Positions 9,771 to 18,561 of a stretch of 64,000 nt of DNA are shown here, one piece after another. The DNA is taken from NCBI GenBank assembly GCA_042566505.1, contig JBHPKP010000002.1, forward strand, positions 14,848 through 78,847, read 5' to 3'. This DNA comes from a bacterium (lineage in GTDB: Bacteria > RUG730 > JBDRED01 > JBHPKP01). Each line of letters opens with the position of its first letter. Position 1 is the first letter of the stretch. The notes beneath the pieces were generated by a model that ran no database searches, was not told the DNA's origin, and was given only the letters and a program-made list of their open reading frames with translations. The translations under genes were made by a program, and so were the position numbers.

Positions 9771-10660
9771 TTCCCCAAACACTCCTTCTCGAATTTAACA
9801 ATTTTACGCAGCCCATCTTCCAGTGAAATTTTAGGTGACCAACCAAGTTTTTTTATTTCTCTTATATTGACATCATGCTTCATAATTTCAAATTTCCTAT
9901 ATGGAAGTACTCCAAAATTTAAGATAGTTTTATCATTTCCGACAATTTGTTTTACAAGCTCAATAAAATCTTTTATTTTTATATTTTTGCCTGTCCCTAT
10001 TTCATAATCATAATAACCCTTATCTAAATCTTTTGATTTATTTAGTATCTTAATAAATGCATCCACCACATCATCTATATAAATAAAATCACGTTCTTGT
10101 TCACCTTTAGTTAACTCCAGCTTATCCACATTCTCCAATAAACTCTCAATTATAAAAGTAACAAACTTTGACTTATCATCCATTGGTCCATAAAAATGCT
10201 CTAATGCAACATCAAGACATACCATTTTTTCTTTATAAACCGTCAGCCAATCTCTAAACTGACTTTTTGAAAGTGAATATAGATTCACACGTTTATCAAG
10301 TATAGTATCTGTATTTATGAAAGTTTTAACACCATTTTTGCAGCCTATTTCTAAAAGCTGTAGTGGCAAAATAAGATTAGCCTCTATTAGAGACAAAGGT
10401 TCAATTTCTCGTCGACCATATATTGTCGCACAATGAATTATTGTATCAATTTTATTTTCTTTAAATACCAGATCAACATTAGTTAGTTTATCTAAATCAT
10501 AATATTTAATTTTATCTATTATAGAATTTATTCGAAATGTATTTGAAAAGCTTCGTTTGAGAACTATTACATTATAATTTTCTGTTTCTGCTACGAGCCT
10601 TTTAAGAAGATTGCTACCAAGAAATCCTGTAGCTCCAGTAAGAAGGATTGTTTTATTCAT
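9767..10660 (-). CDS. CDP-paratose/abequose synthase-like (RfbS/RfbJ family) NDP-4-keto-3,6-dideoxyhexose reductase
   Basis: Contains [27 protein letters not shown] and [14 protein letters not shown]. It has the same block structure as RfbS/RfbJ and sits beside rfbE. Confidence 0.7.
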   Translation of the reverse strand: MNKTILLTGATGFLGSNLLKRLVAETENYNVIVLKRSFSNTFRINSIIDKIKYYDLDKLTNVDLVFKENKIDTIIHCATIYGRREIEPLSLIEANLILPLQLLEIGCKNGVKTFINTDTILDKRVNLYSLSKSQFRDWLTVYKEKMVCLDVALEHFYGPMDDKSKFVTFIIESLLENVDKLELTKGEQERDFIYIDDVVDAFIKILNKSKDLDKGYYDYEIGTGKNIKIKDFIELVKQIVGNDKTILNFGVLPYRKFEIMKHDVNIREIKKLGWSPKISLEDGLRKIVKFEKECLGK

Positions 10661-10774
10661 GGGAGGGTATCCTATTTCTTCTAAAATTTATATTTTTTAT
10701 AGAAGACCTAAAATAAACAAGAAAAGTAATCTCCTCTTATTTTTATATAATACTCTTCCTTAAATATATCTATT

Positions 10775-12736
10775 TCAATTAATTTTTTTATAAATAAAAA
10801 TTTTATAATAAGCATTCACTCTATAGGTCTGTATTTTTTTGTAATGCCCTTTCTGAATATATTCATTCAATACATTCATTATCGCACGTTGCCCCAATGG
10901 TCTTCCACCTCCAAAATATTTCTCATGTCGCTTAAAATCCTCCATATCTTTCCTTTCCCCCCACACAATAATTTTAGGAGGATTATCGCTCAAAATTTTG
11001 GCATCTTTTAAACATGTCTTTCTATCTATCATATCCCACCAATGTACAAATGAAAATGTTTTTGGATATCTGTCAGCAATTAAATATAAAACAGGCATAT
11101 GCGGAAAAACAAATATGCTGTCTTCTTTTGTAGAATTTTTTTCTATTAAATATTTTGTAAATAAAATCATCTCCGTCGTATTCTCACTTAAAATAAAACC
11201 TTTAAAGTATTTTCCATCCATTTTGTATTTACTTTCTTTTATATGTGGCTCACTATAGCCCCACCATTCATACGGTACACGATATTTCCCCAGAGCAACA
11301 GAAGAGATAAACAGAAAAGATAGCCCCACAATCGCCATTCTAACTACTAAATATTGGGTTCTGAAAAGCAAATAACCAAACAAAATCCCAATTGATACCA
11401 TTAGTGAATAGTGATTAATTCCGCCGGAAGTACCACTAGCAAAGAGAAAAGAAACTGAAACGACACTAAGTATAAATAAAGGTTTATAAAAAATATTTTC
11501 TTTTGGTCTATCATTAAAAATTAGTTTATACATAGAGATAAATAAAAATAAAAACACTATTATTACTGATATAGTTATAATAAAAAAATTAACGCTATTG
11601 TATGATAATATTATTTTTGACAAATCAACATCAACCAATGGGTAACATATACTAAGCATAGAAAAAACAACTAAAGCAAAAATACATCTTACACATGTTG
11701 AAAAAGAATTTTGTGTATTTTCTTCTAATCGATAATTAAATATCTTACGTGGATAAAAAATTATCAAAAATACCAAAAATCGTAATAGGTATTTCAGGTT
11801 ACGTACAAGTCCGAAATGCAATTTAATAAAATTCTTAATCCATAAAAAAAATATTGTAGTTATATCGCCTTTAGATTCTACATTTAAATATACCTGTTCA
11901 ATAAAAGGTATTAGTGCATGATAATACGTTACCCACAGTAAAATTATTAATGTAGGGGTTAAAAAACCAATCATAAAATATAAAAATGACATAAACAAAT
12001 ATTTTAATGTTCTTTTATATGTAAAGAAAAACAATATAAAAGTATTTGCAATAAAACAAAACAGCCCGGCATTTTGTTTTGTAAAAAAGCAAAATGCTGT
12101 CAGTATACCTGCAATTATCAAGTGTATTTTCTGCCTCCCAGTAATATCTTGATTTTCCATATCATCTATAAATCTTAACAAAGTATATGCACTTAAAATA
12201 GCATAAAGATATATAAATTCATTGAAATCATACATAATTATAGGATTCAAAGAATAGCGTGTAAACATAGACAAAATTGCTGCAAGTGCAGCTATCCAAG
12301 AAGAAAATATTCTAGAAAACAATACGAATAAAAAACCTGTTGTCAAGAGAGAGACAAAAACTCCGAGAATTCTGAGTAATATAAATTCATACCCAAACAA
12401 GGAATGAAAAATGAACATCTTGATAGGATACAATGGTGGCAAAACAAGATAAAAATCTCGATAAGGCATTAACCCTTTCTGCATATATTTAGCAACTAAA
12501 CTCCACCAACCCTCAGTAAGAGGAAAAAAACGATTAAAAATAATTAAATTAAAAACCAATACAATAAAAAGTGAAGCTAGCATTCCGCAAAGAAGAGACA
12601 AACAATTATTAGGATTACTCTTTAAATATTTATTTTCTAATTTATTCTTCAACATTATTAACTTTTCATAATAAACTTTAATTTTTGTTGTTTTTGAAGC
12701 CAAAAACAACAAAAATGAACGTATAATATTTTTCAT
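10775..12736 (-). CDS. GT-C fold membrane glycosyltransferase (PMT_2/ArnT-like, GT39/83-like)
   Basis: 653 aa and polytopic. The first loop, TEGWWSLVAKYMQKGLMPYRDFYLVLPPLYP, resembles the DE..Y...A......PY.D...PPL loop of ArnT/PMT-type enzymes. There is a soluble C-terminal domain. Confidence 0.6.
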   Translation of the reverse strand: MKNIIRSFLLFLASKTTKIKVYYEKLIMLKNKLENKYLKSNPNNCLSLLCGMLASLFIVLVFNLIIFNRFFPLTEGWWSLVAKYMQKGLMPYRDFYLVLPPLYPIKMFIFHSLFGYEFILLRILGVFVSLLTTGFLFVLFSRIFSSWIAALAAILSMFTRYSLNPIIMYDFNEFIYLYAILSAYTLLRFIDDMENQDITGRQKIHLIIAGILTAFCFFTKQNAGLFCFIANTFILFFFTYKRTLKYLFMSFLYFMIGFLTPTLIILLWVTYYHALIPFIEQVYLNVESKGDITTIFFLWIKNFIKLHFGLVRNLKYLLRFLVFLIIFYPRKIFNYRLEENTQNSFSTCVRCIFALVVFSMLSICYPLVDVDLSKIILSYNSVNFFIITISVIIVFLFLFISMYKLIFNDRPKENIFYKPLFILSVVSVSFLFASGTSGGINHYSLMVSIGILFGYLLFRTQYLVVRMAIVGLSFLFISSVALGKYRVPYEWWGYSEPHIKESKYKMDGKYFKGFILSENTTEMILFTKYLIEKNSTKEDSIFVFPHMPVLYLIADRYPKTFSFVHWWDMIDRKTCLKDAKILSDNPPKIIVWGERKDMEDFKRHEKYFGGGRPLGQRAIMNVLNEYIQKGHYKKIQTYRVNAYYKIFIYKKIN

Positions 12737-12743
12737 TAATGAA

Positions 12744-13838
12744 TTATCCTTTTTTTACACAACTGATATAATTGCTCAAGTTAAGAATAGAAGTGAGGTG
12801 TTTTGAAACATAATACTGCTCATACCACTCAACTGTTTTTTTGAACGTCATTTCATTATCCCACACATTTTTCCACTTCAAAATAAAATGCGCTTTTGAA
12901 CAATCAAGTTTTAACAGACCTGCTTCATGTGGTTGGTTTTCATTAGATTGGATTTCAAACTCTATCATGTCCCATTCTTTTTTCATCATAGTTAAAACAT
13001 CAACTACTCGCAGATTTGCCTCATCGCCCGGTCCAAAGTTCCAAGCCTGTGCAAATTCAGTTTTACCTTCGAGTAGTTTTTGTCCTACCAATAGATATCC
13101 ACTCAAAGGCTCGAGCACATGCTGCCATGGACGGGTTGCATTTGGATTTCGAATGATTACTTTTTCACCCTTTGCAATTGCGCGCATAATATCCGGAATC
13201 AGTCTATCCTCTGCCCAATCACCACCACCAATTACATTCCCTGCTCTACCACTTGCCAACAACACATTATGATTCTGTCCATAATCTTTAACATTAAAAA
13301 ATGAATTCCTGTATGATGTAGTTATAAGCTCCGCACAACCTTTAGAAGAGCTATATGGATCATAACCACCCATGGGATCATTTTCGCGATAGCCCCAGAC
13401 CCATTCCTTGTTCTCATAACATTTGTCACTTGTAATATTTACGATAGCTTTAACTGAATCAATATTGCGACACGCTTCAAACACATTAAGTGTACCCATC
13501 ACATTTGTTTCGTATGTTTCAATTGGATTTTTGTAGGAATATCTCACAAGCGGCTGCGCAGCCATATGAAAAACAATTTCAGGTTTGGTTTGGTTAAAAA
13601 TTTCAAAAAGTTTATCTTTATCACGAATATCAGCAATCACTGAATTCATATCTAAATCAAGTAATTTAAAATGATTAGGTTCGCCTGGAAAATCTTTTGA
13701 ATATCCAGTTACATTTGCACCCATTTGCGTAAGCCATAAACAAAGCCATGATCCCTTGAATCCTGTATGACCTGTAACCAAAACATTTTTTCCTTTATAT
13801 TCACCATTAAAAAGTTTCTTTTCTACCAAACTTTCCAT
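12744..13838 (-). CDS. rfbG: CDP-glucose 4,6-dehydratase
   Basis: Contains GKNVLVTGHTGFKGSWLCLWLTQMGANVTGYS, VFHMAAQPLVRYSY, NITSDKCYENKEWVWGYRENDPMGGYDPYSSSKGCAEL and RPWQHVLEPLSGYL. These are nearly block-for-block with RfbG/DdhB. Confidence 0.92.
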   Translation of the reverse strand: MESLVEKKLFNGEYKGKNVLVTGHTGFKGSWLCLWLTQMGANVTGYSKDFPGEPNHFKLLDLDMNSVIADIRDKDKLFEIFNQTKPEIVFHMAAQPLVRYSYKNPIETYETNVMGTLNVFEACRNIDSVKAIVNITSDKCYENKEWVWGYRENDPMGGYDPYSSSKGCAELITTSYRNSFFNVKDYGQNHNVLLASGRAGNVIGGGDWAEDRLIPDIMRAIAKGEKVIIRNPNATRPWQHVLEPLSGYLLVGQKLLEGKTEFAQAWNFGPGDEANLRVVDVLTMMKKEWDMIEFEIQSNENQPHEAGLLKLDCSKAHFILKWKNVWDNEMTFKKTVEWYEQYYVSKHLTSILNLSNYISCVKKG

Positions 13839-14596
13839 TTAGCACCACCTTTATCCCATATACTATTAAGTTCATTTTTATCATTTAAGTTATCCATACA
13901 CTTCCAAAAACCTTCATGTTTATAAGCATATAATTCATTATCTTTCGCCATCTCTTCCAATGGTTTTCTCTCAAATATTGTATTATCACCGTCTTTAATA
14001 TAATCAAAAACTTTTGGCTCACACACAAAGAATCCGCCATTTATCCACGCTCCATCGCCTTTTGTTTTCTCTGCAAAACTCAATATTTTGTTATCATTTG
14101 CAATATCCAATTTACCAAATCTTCCTTCCGGCTGTATTGATGTAATTGTAATCAATTTTCCATGATTCTCATGAAATTTTGCTAGCTGCCCAATATCCAC
14201 ATCAGCTACAGCATCACCATATGTAAGCATGAACCTTTCGTTATTTACATACTCTTTTGCACGCAAAATTCGACCACCGGTAAGTGTATTATTTCCCGTA
14301 TCTAAGAGTGTGATTTTCCATGGTTCACATTTATGCTTATGAATCTGCATATCATTATTAACCAAATCAATTGTCATATCACTTTGATGCAAGAAATAAT
14401 TTGAAAAATATTCTTTAATATAATAACCCTTATAACCGAGTAAAACTACAAACTCATTAAAACCATAATTAGAATACATTTTCATGATATGCCATAAAAT
14501 AGGTTTTCCACCTATTTCTACCATAGGTTTAGGTCTAATATCTGTTTCTTCGCTAAGACGTGTTCCAAATCCACCAGCTAAAATTAATACTTTCAT
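13823..14596 (-). CDS. rfbF: Glucose-1-phosphate cytidylyltransferase
   Basis: MKVLILAGGFGTRLSEETDIRPKPMVEIGGKPILWHIMKMYSNYGFNEFVVLLGYKGYYIKEYF is the classic RfbF/DdhA N-terminus. The protein is 257 aa. Confidence 0.92.
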   Translation of the reverse strand: MKVLILAGGFGTRLSEETDIRPKPMVEIGGKPILWHIMKMYSNYGFNEFVVLLGYKGYYIKEYFSNYFLHQSDMTIDLVNNDMQIHKHKCEPWKITLLDTGNNTLTGGRILRAKEYVNNERFMLTYGDAVADVDIGQLAKFHENHGKLITITSIQPEGRFGKLDIANDNKILSFAEKTKGDGAWINGGFFVCEPKVFDYIKDGDNTIFERKPLEEMAKDNELYAYKHEGFWKCMDNLNDKNELNSIWDKGGAKWKVW

Positions 14597-15045
14597 TATT
14601 CTACTCCCTCCATCACAATATCATTATCACTTAAAATAGATTCATTATTATTTTTTTCAAATACAAAATTTTTATTTAGAAAATACGAAAGAATCGCAAT
14701 AGGCATTATAAGTATTGCACCACCTATATAATTCGATATATCAAATATATTAAATATTTTTAGTCCTAGAACATTCACTACATATACAACTGAATAAACC
14801 ACAAAAAATTTAAATATTAATTGGTTATTATGATTTTTAAAAACAATCTTGCCTATTGTCTTGAAATTAAATAAAACACCAATAGTTGTAGCTATCAAAA
14901 CAGCAATTGCATAGTGCAAACCAAGAAAAATACATAAAGAAAAAAGTGAATAGCCAAACAGTGTATTTAACCCACCAACAAATAAAAATCTAATAAATCG
15001 GATTCTAAACATTTTCTTAATCAAAATTAATCCTCTCTTCTTCAA
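14596..15045 (-). CDS. GtrA-like small membrane protein (polyprenyl-P-sugar flippase family)
   Basis: Contains FIRFLFVGGLNTLFGYSLF and four TM segments over ~140 aa. The likely true start is the internal ATG at 15012 (MFRIRFIRF...). It lies immediately downstream of a GtrB-like GT2. Confidence 0.7.
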   Translation of the reverse strand: MKKRGLILIKKMFRIRFIRFLFVGGLNTLFGYSLFSLCIFLGLHYAIAVLIATTIGVLFNFKTIGKIVFKNHNNQLIFKFFVVYSVVYVVNVLGLKIFNIFDISNYIGGAILIMPIAILSYFLNKNFVFEKNNNESILSDNDIVMEGVE

Positions 15046-15949
15046 TCACCAATGGTCTATTTTTCACTTGTGTATATATAGAGCCAATATACTCGCCAAT
15101 AATTCCAATAAAACAAAGCTGTACAGACACAAAAAAGAAAAGACCAATTATTAGAGGCGCAACACCCACACTAAACCTTTCCCAATAAATAATCTTATAC
15201 ACTAAATATCCTATTGCTATTAAGAAACTGAACATTGCCATTCCAAATCCAAAAAAACTTGCCATTCTCAATGGATATTTTGAATGATTCACAAAACCAA
15301 GCATTGCCATATCATAAAGCGAATAAAAATTATTTTTTGTTTTTCCTTTTTTCCTTTTTGGTTGCGTATATGTTATTTCGGACCTTTTAAATCCCAACTC
15401 TGTTATTAGTCCGCGAAAATATGGATATGGATCTTTTAGAGTTCTTAAAACATCAATGAATTTTTTGTCATATAAACCAAAACCTGTAAAATTTTTCACC
15501 TGCTCAACTTCCGAATATCTGGCAAGTAAAACATAATAAAGTTTTCGCACTAAAAACATGAGTGGATTTTCACGGCTTTTTTTCTTAATACCAATTACTA
15601 TGTCATAACCTTGTTCCCATTTCTCTAAAAATTCATTTATCATTTCAGGTGGATCTTGAAAATCTGCCACTAAAGAAATCACAGCATCACCTTTGGTTTG
15701 AAGAATTCCATAATTTGGGGAACGAATATGTCCAAAATTTCTAGTATTAAAAATCACTTTAACTTTTTTATCATTTTTTGCTATTTCTCTAAGGATTGTT
15801 TTTGTTTGATCAGTCGAGGAATTATCTATAAAGACATGCTCGTAATCATATTGCGGCAAGTCATTGAAGATTTGTTTTACCTTTTCATAAAGAGGTCTGA
15901 CATTTTCCTCTTCATTGTAGCAAGCTGTAAAAATACTAACTAATTTCAT
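15017..15949 (-). CDS. GT2 polyprenyl-phosphate glycosyltransferase (GtrB/ArnC/CsbB-like)
   Basis: Contains SIFTACYNEEENV and IDNSSTDQT, with two C-terminal TM helices (MAMFSFLIAIGYLVY..., LIIGLFFFVSVQLCFIGIIGEYIG). This is the typical GtrB/ArnC layout. Confidence 0.75.
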   Translation of the reverse strand: MKLVSIFTACYNEEENVRPLYEKVKQIFNDLPQYDYEHVFIDNSSTDQTKTILREIAKNDKKVKVIFNTRNFGHIRSPNYGILQTKGDAVISLVADFQDPPEMINEFLEKWEQGYDIVIGIKKKSRENPLMFLVRKLYYVLLARYSEVEQVKNFTGFGLYDKKFIDVLRTLKDPYPYFRGLITELGFKRSEITYTQPKRKKGKTKNNFYSLYDMAMLGFVNHSKYPLRMASFFGFGMAMFSFLIAIGYLVYKIIYWERFSVGVAPLIIGLFFFVSVQLCFIGIIGEYIGSIYTQVKNRPLVIEEERINFD

Positions 15950-15958
15950 AAAAACACC

Positions 15959-17041
15959 TTAGTTACTATATTTATTTTTATAATCTTCCAGAGCATCAAC
16001 AATTTCCGTTTCTTTCAAATCATCTATTCGAACCATCTCGTAATTATTATCAATCATGACTAATGCAAAATCTTTAGTAACCCGTTTTTTATCGCGTTTC
16101 ATAGCACTTATTACTTCTTGTGAATCAATTTTTACTTTCAATAAATTTTTATCTATTACTGGTAATAGAACTTTATTGTTAAAAGAATTAGCCAATTCAG
16201 TATTTAAAATTCCTCTTTTAACTGCTGCATAATTTGCAAGAATAATCCCAATAGCTACCGCTTGTCCGTGAGGCACGACAAAATCCGTAGCACTTTCTAT
16301 CGCATGACCAAAACAATGCCCAAAATTAAGCATATTGCGTTTGCCTTGATCAAATTCATCATCCTCAATATAAGCTTTTTTAATTGCCAAACACTTTTTT
16401 ATCATATCCAAAAGAACATTTTCATCTCGCCCATTTATCGCATCTATGTTGTCCACAAAAAAATTAATACTTTCTTTTCCTCCCATCATATGAAGTTTTG
16501 CTGATTCCCCAACACCACTTAGATAATCCACATCCTCTAATGTTTTCAAAAATGGAGTATAAATATGAACTGAAGTAGGTGGATAAAAAGTACCAATTAA
16601 ATTTTTGTATTGCTTAAAATTAAGAGAGGTTTTTGCACCAATACAACTATCATCCTGAGCCAAAAGAGTAGTTGGAACATATACCCACTTAACACCTCGA
16701 AATAATGTTGAAGCTAAAAAACCTGTAATATCTTGAGTAATTCCTCCACCTATTGAAATAATTGTAGTCTTTTTGTTCGGCATTTTTTTTATGATTTTAT
16801 CGAACAACTCAAGAACTGTATTGATATTTTTTACTTCTTCACTAATAGGTAAGATAATTACATTTAAATTTTCAAAAACTGACAAAGCATTCTTTGAATG
16901 ACATTTGTAAACGTTTTCATCGATTATTACTATATTATTTTTGTTTTCCTTAATTATTTCATCAATAAAATTTTCATTTACATCAAAACTAACATCATAA
17001 TTTCTAATATTAGATTTAATTGTTATATTGTTCATAGACAT
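15959..17041 (-). CDS. 3-dehydroquinate synthase-like / sugar-phosphate cyclase superfamily enzyme
   Basis: Contains ISIGGGITQDITGFLASTLFRGVKWVYVPTTLLAQDDSCIGAKTSLN and LNFGHCFGHAIES...PHGQAVAIG, which are DHQS-family nucleotide- and metal-binding blocks. Confidence 0.7.
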   Translation of the reverse strand: MSMNNITIKSNIRNYDVSFDVNENFIDEIIKENKNNIVIIDENVYKCHSKNALSVFENLNVIILPISEEVKNINTVLELFDKIIKKMPNKKTTIISIGGGITQDITGFLASTLFRGVKWVYVPTTLLAQDDSCIGAKTSLNFKQYKNLIGTFYPPTSVHIYTPFLKTLEDVDYLSGVGESAKLHMMGGKESINFFVDNIDAINGRDENVLLDMIKKCLAIKKAYIEDDEFDQGKRNMLNFGHCFGHAIESATDFVVPHGQAVAIGIILANYAAVKRGILNTELANSFNNKVLLPVIDKNLLKVKIDSQEVISAMKRDKKRVTKDFALVMIDNNYEMVRIDDLKETEIVDALEDYKNKYSN

Positions 17042-17694
17042 GTATATCCACCATCAATAAAAATTGTTTGACCTGTTATGTATGAATTTTTTGCAGAACA
17101 TAAGAAGAATACTAATTCAGCTATTTCTTTTGTTTCAGCAAGCCTTCCAAGAGGAATTCCTGTTTTTATATTGTTAATAGCTTCCTCACTATTATTTTGC
17201 CTGGTTAGTTCAGTATTAACATAACCCGGTGCAACTGCATTTACTAAAATATTATCACTTCCCAATTCCAAAGCTAATGTTCGAGTAATTGCATTGATTG
17301 CACCCTTTGTTGCAGAATAACTAACTCTACCCGGTTTGGATACCTTACTCCAGATTGAACTTATATTAACAATCCGACCGAATTTATTTTTTTTCATTTG
17401 AGGTATAACTGCTTTAATCAATTTTATTGGTGAGGTAAGATTTACTTTGATTGTGTCAGCAAGATCATTATCAGATACCTCAGCAATCTCAGCTACTGGA
17501 TTAATACCAGCGTTATTAATCAAAATATCCACATTCAATGATTTGCAATAGTTATCAATTGATTCATCCGACAATAAATTTAATTCTGATCTTGTAGGTG
17601 TAATGATATCATAACCTTCAGCTTTGAATTTTTTTGAAATTGCCAGTCCAATGCCTCGAGAAGCACCGGTAATTAATGCAACCGGTGTAGTCAT
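17032..17694 (-). CDS. Short-chain dehydrogenase/reductase (FabG-like, classical SDR)
   Basis: Contains ALITGASRGIGLAI, NNAG and YSATKGAINAITRTLALEL (YxxxK). Confidence 0.8.
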   Translation of the reverse strand: MTTPVALITGASRGIGLAISKKFKAEGYDIITPTRSELNLLSDESIDNYCKSLNVDILINNAGINPVAEIAEVSDNDLADTIKVNLTSPIKLIKAVIPQMKKNKFGRIVNISSIWSKVSKPGRVSYSATKGAINAITRTLALELGSDNILVNAVAPGYVNTELTRQNNSEEAINNIKTGIPLGRLAETKEIAELVFFLCSAKNSYITGQTIFIDGGYTCL

Positions 17695-18509
17695 TATGCG
17701 TCTACTCCACCTGCTTCTTTTATGAGTTTATGATATCTTGTCTCCAACATATCAAGTCTGTGCTTATCTTCATCAAAAATCATTCCATAAAATTCTCGTT
17801 TATTTTTTAACCACATAAGCTCAAATCCAACAGCTTTTAATATGCCTTTATCTGCATCCGCATCTAATCCTCCTGGGCATTCAAAAATAACCTTTCTAGT
17901 TTCATAATGATCTAATGTTCCTTCAGGTAATCTCTTAAAAAACGGCAATGATTCAGCAGAAACTCCACCACCTATTACACATTCCAAATCTCTTTTCTTT
18001 GCTTTTGGTAATAACGTATTCGCTATCTCAAATACCTCATCTGAATTGATACTGTCCCTTGTTAACCCCATAGAACCTGTCATGTCTACTCGTCCCAATA
18101 CAACACCATCTAATTCATTAATTTCCGGAAGTTCTAACATTTGGTCAATATTCTTAAAACCAGTCATTGTCTCAACATTTATCAACAATGACACATCCTT
18201 TAATTCTTCTTTAGGAAATGCCAATTTTGCAGATCCTAAAAATTTCTTTAATGCATATGCTGACTCAATCATCGGAGCAACAATCCTGCTCACACCAATA
18301 GCTCTAGAATCAAACATATCTTTCAAAGCTTCACATCCACCGATTTTTATCGTTAGTTCGAGTCCCGCTCTAGTAACAACCTCTTTGAGCCTCAAAGCTT
18401 CTTCCATTCTTGTTCCTTCAGCTTCAAATTCAGCTTTAACCCCAACAACACTATGATTCTCTTTCAAATCCTTAAGTGTGTCTACCATTCTTTTTTCCAA
18501 ATTATTCAT
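17694..18509 (-). CDS. HpcH/HpaI-type (class II, pyruvate-dependent) aldolase / citrate-lyase-beta-like protein
   Basis: 271 aa. Contains GVKAEFEAEGTRMEE and RIVAPMIESAYALKKF, resembling the PMVES/T block of the HpcH family. This is a fold-level call only. Confidence 0.5.
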   Translation of the reverse strand: MNNLEKRMVDTLKDLKENHSVVGVKAEFEAEGTRMEEALRLKEVVTRAGLELTIKIGGCEALKDMFDSRAIGVSRIVAPMIESAYALKKFLGSAKLAFPKEELKDVSLLINVETMTGFKNIDQMLELPEINELDGVVLGRVDMTGSMGLTRDSINSDEVFEIANTLLPKAKKRDLECVIGGGVSAESLPFFKRLPEGTLDHYETRKVIFECPGGLDADADKGILKAVGFELMWLKNKREFYGMIFDEDKHRLDMLETRYHKLIKEAGGVDA

Positions 18510-18528
18510 TTCCTACCTCCTGGTATTC

Positions 18529-18552
18529 TAGTGTTGATCTTATCAAACACTA
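18529..18552 (-). promoter_or_regulatory. Intercistronic hairpin (7-bp stem) directly upstream of the aldolase RBS
   Basis: On the minus strand TAGTGTT-gataagatc-AACACTA is followed by AGGAGG and the ATG at 18509. Confidence 0.3.
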
Positions 18553-18561
18553 AAATACATT

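Noticed and set aside
10661-10706. CCCTCCC tract immediately upstream of the ATG at 10660 (an anti-SD-like sequence instead of an SD) and a 7-bp AT-rich hairpin at 10677..10706
   Set aside because: The stem is weak and all A/T, and no T-tract follows it. The C-rich tract may simply mean this gene relies on an unstructured AT-rich leader. The evidence is too weak to call a regulatory element.
15959-17041. DHQS-like gene as housekeeping aroB of the shikimate pathway
   Set aside because: It overlaps an SDR and lies in an operon of sugar-modifying genes with no other aro genes nearby. I cannot fully exclude this without checking the genome for another aroB, so I kept it as a family-level call.
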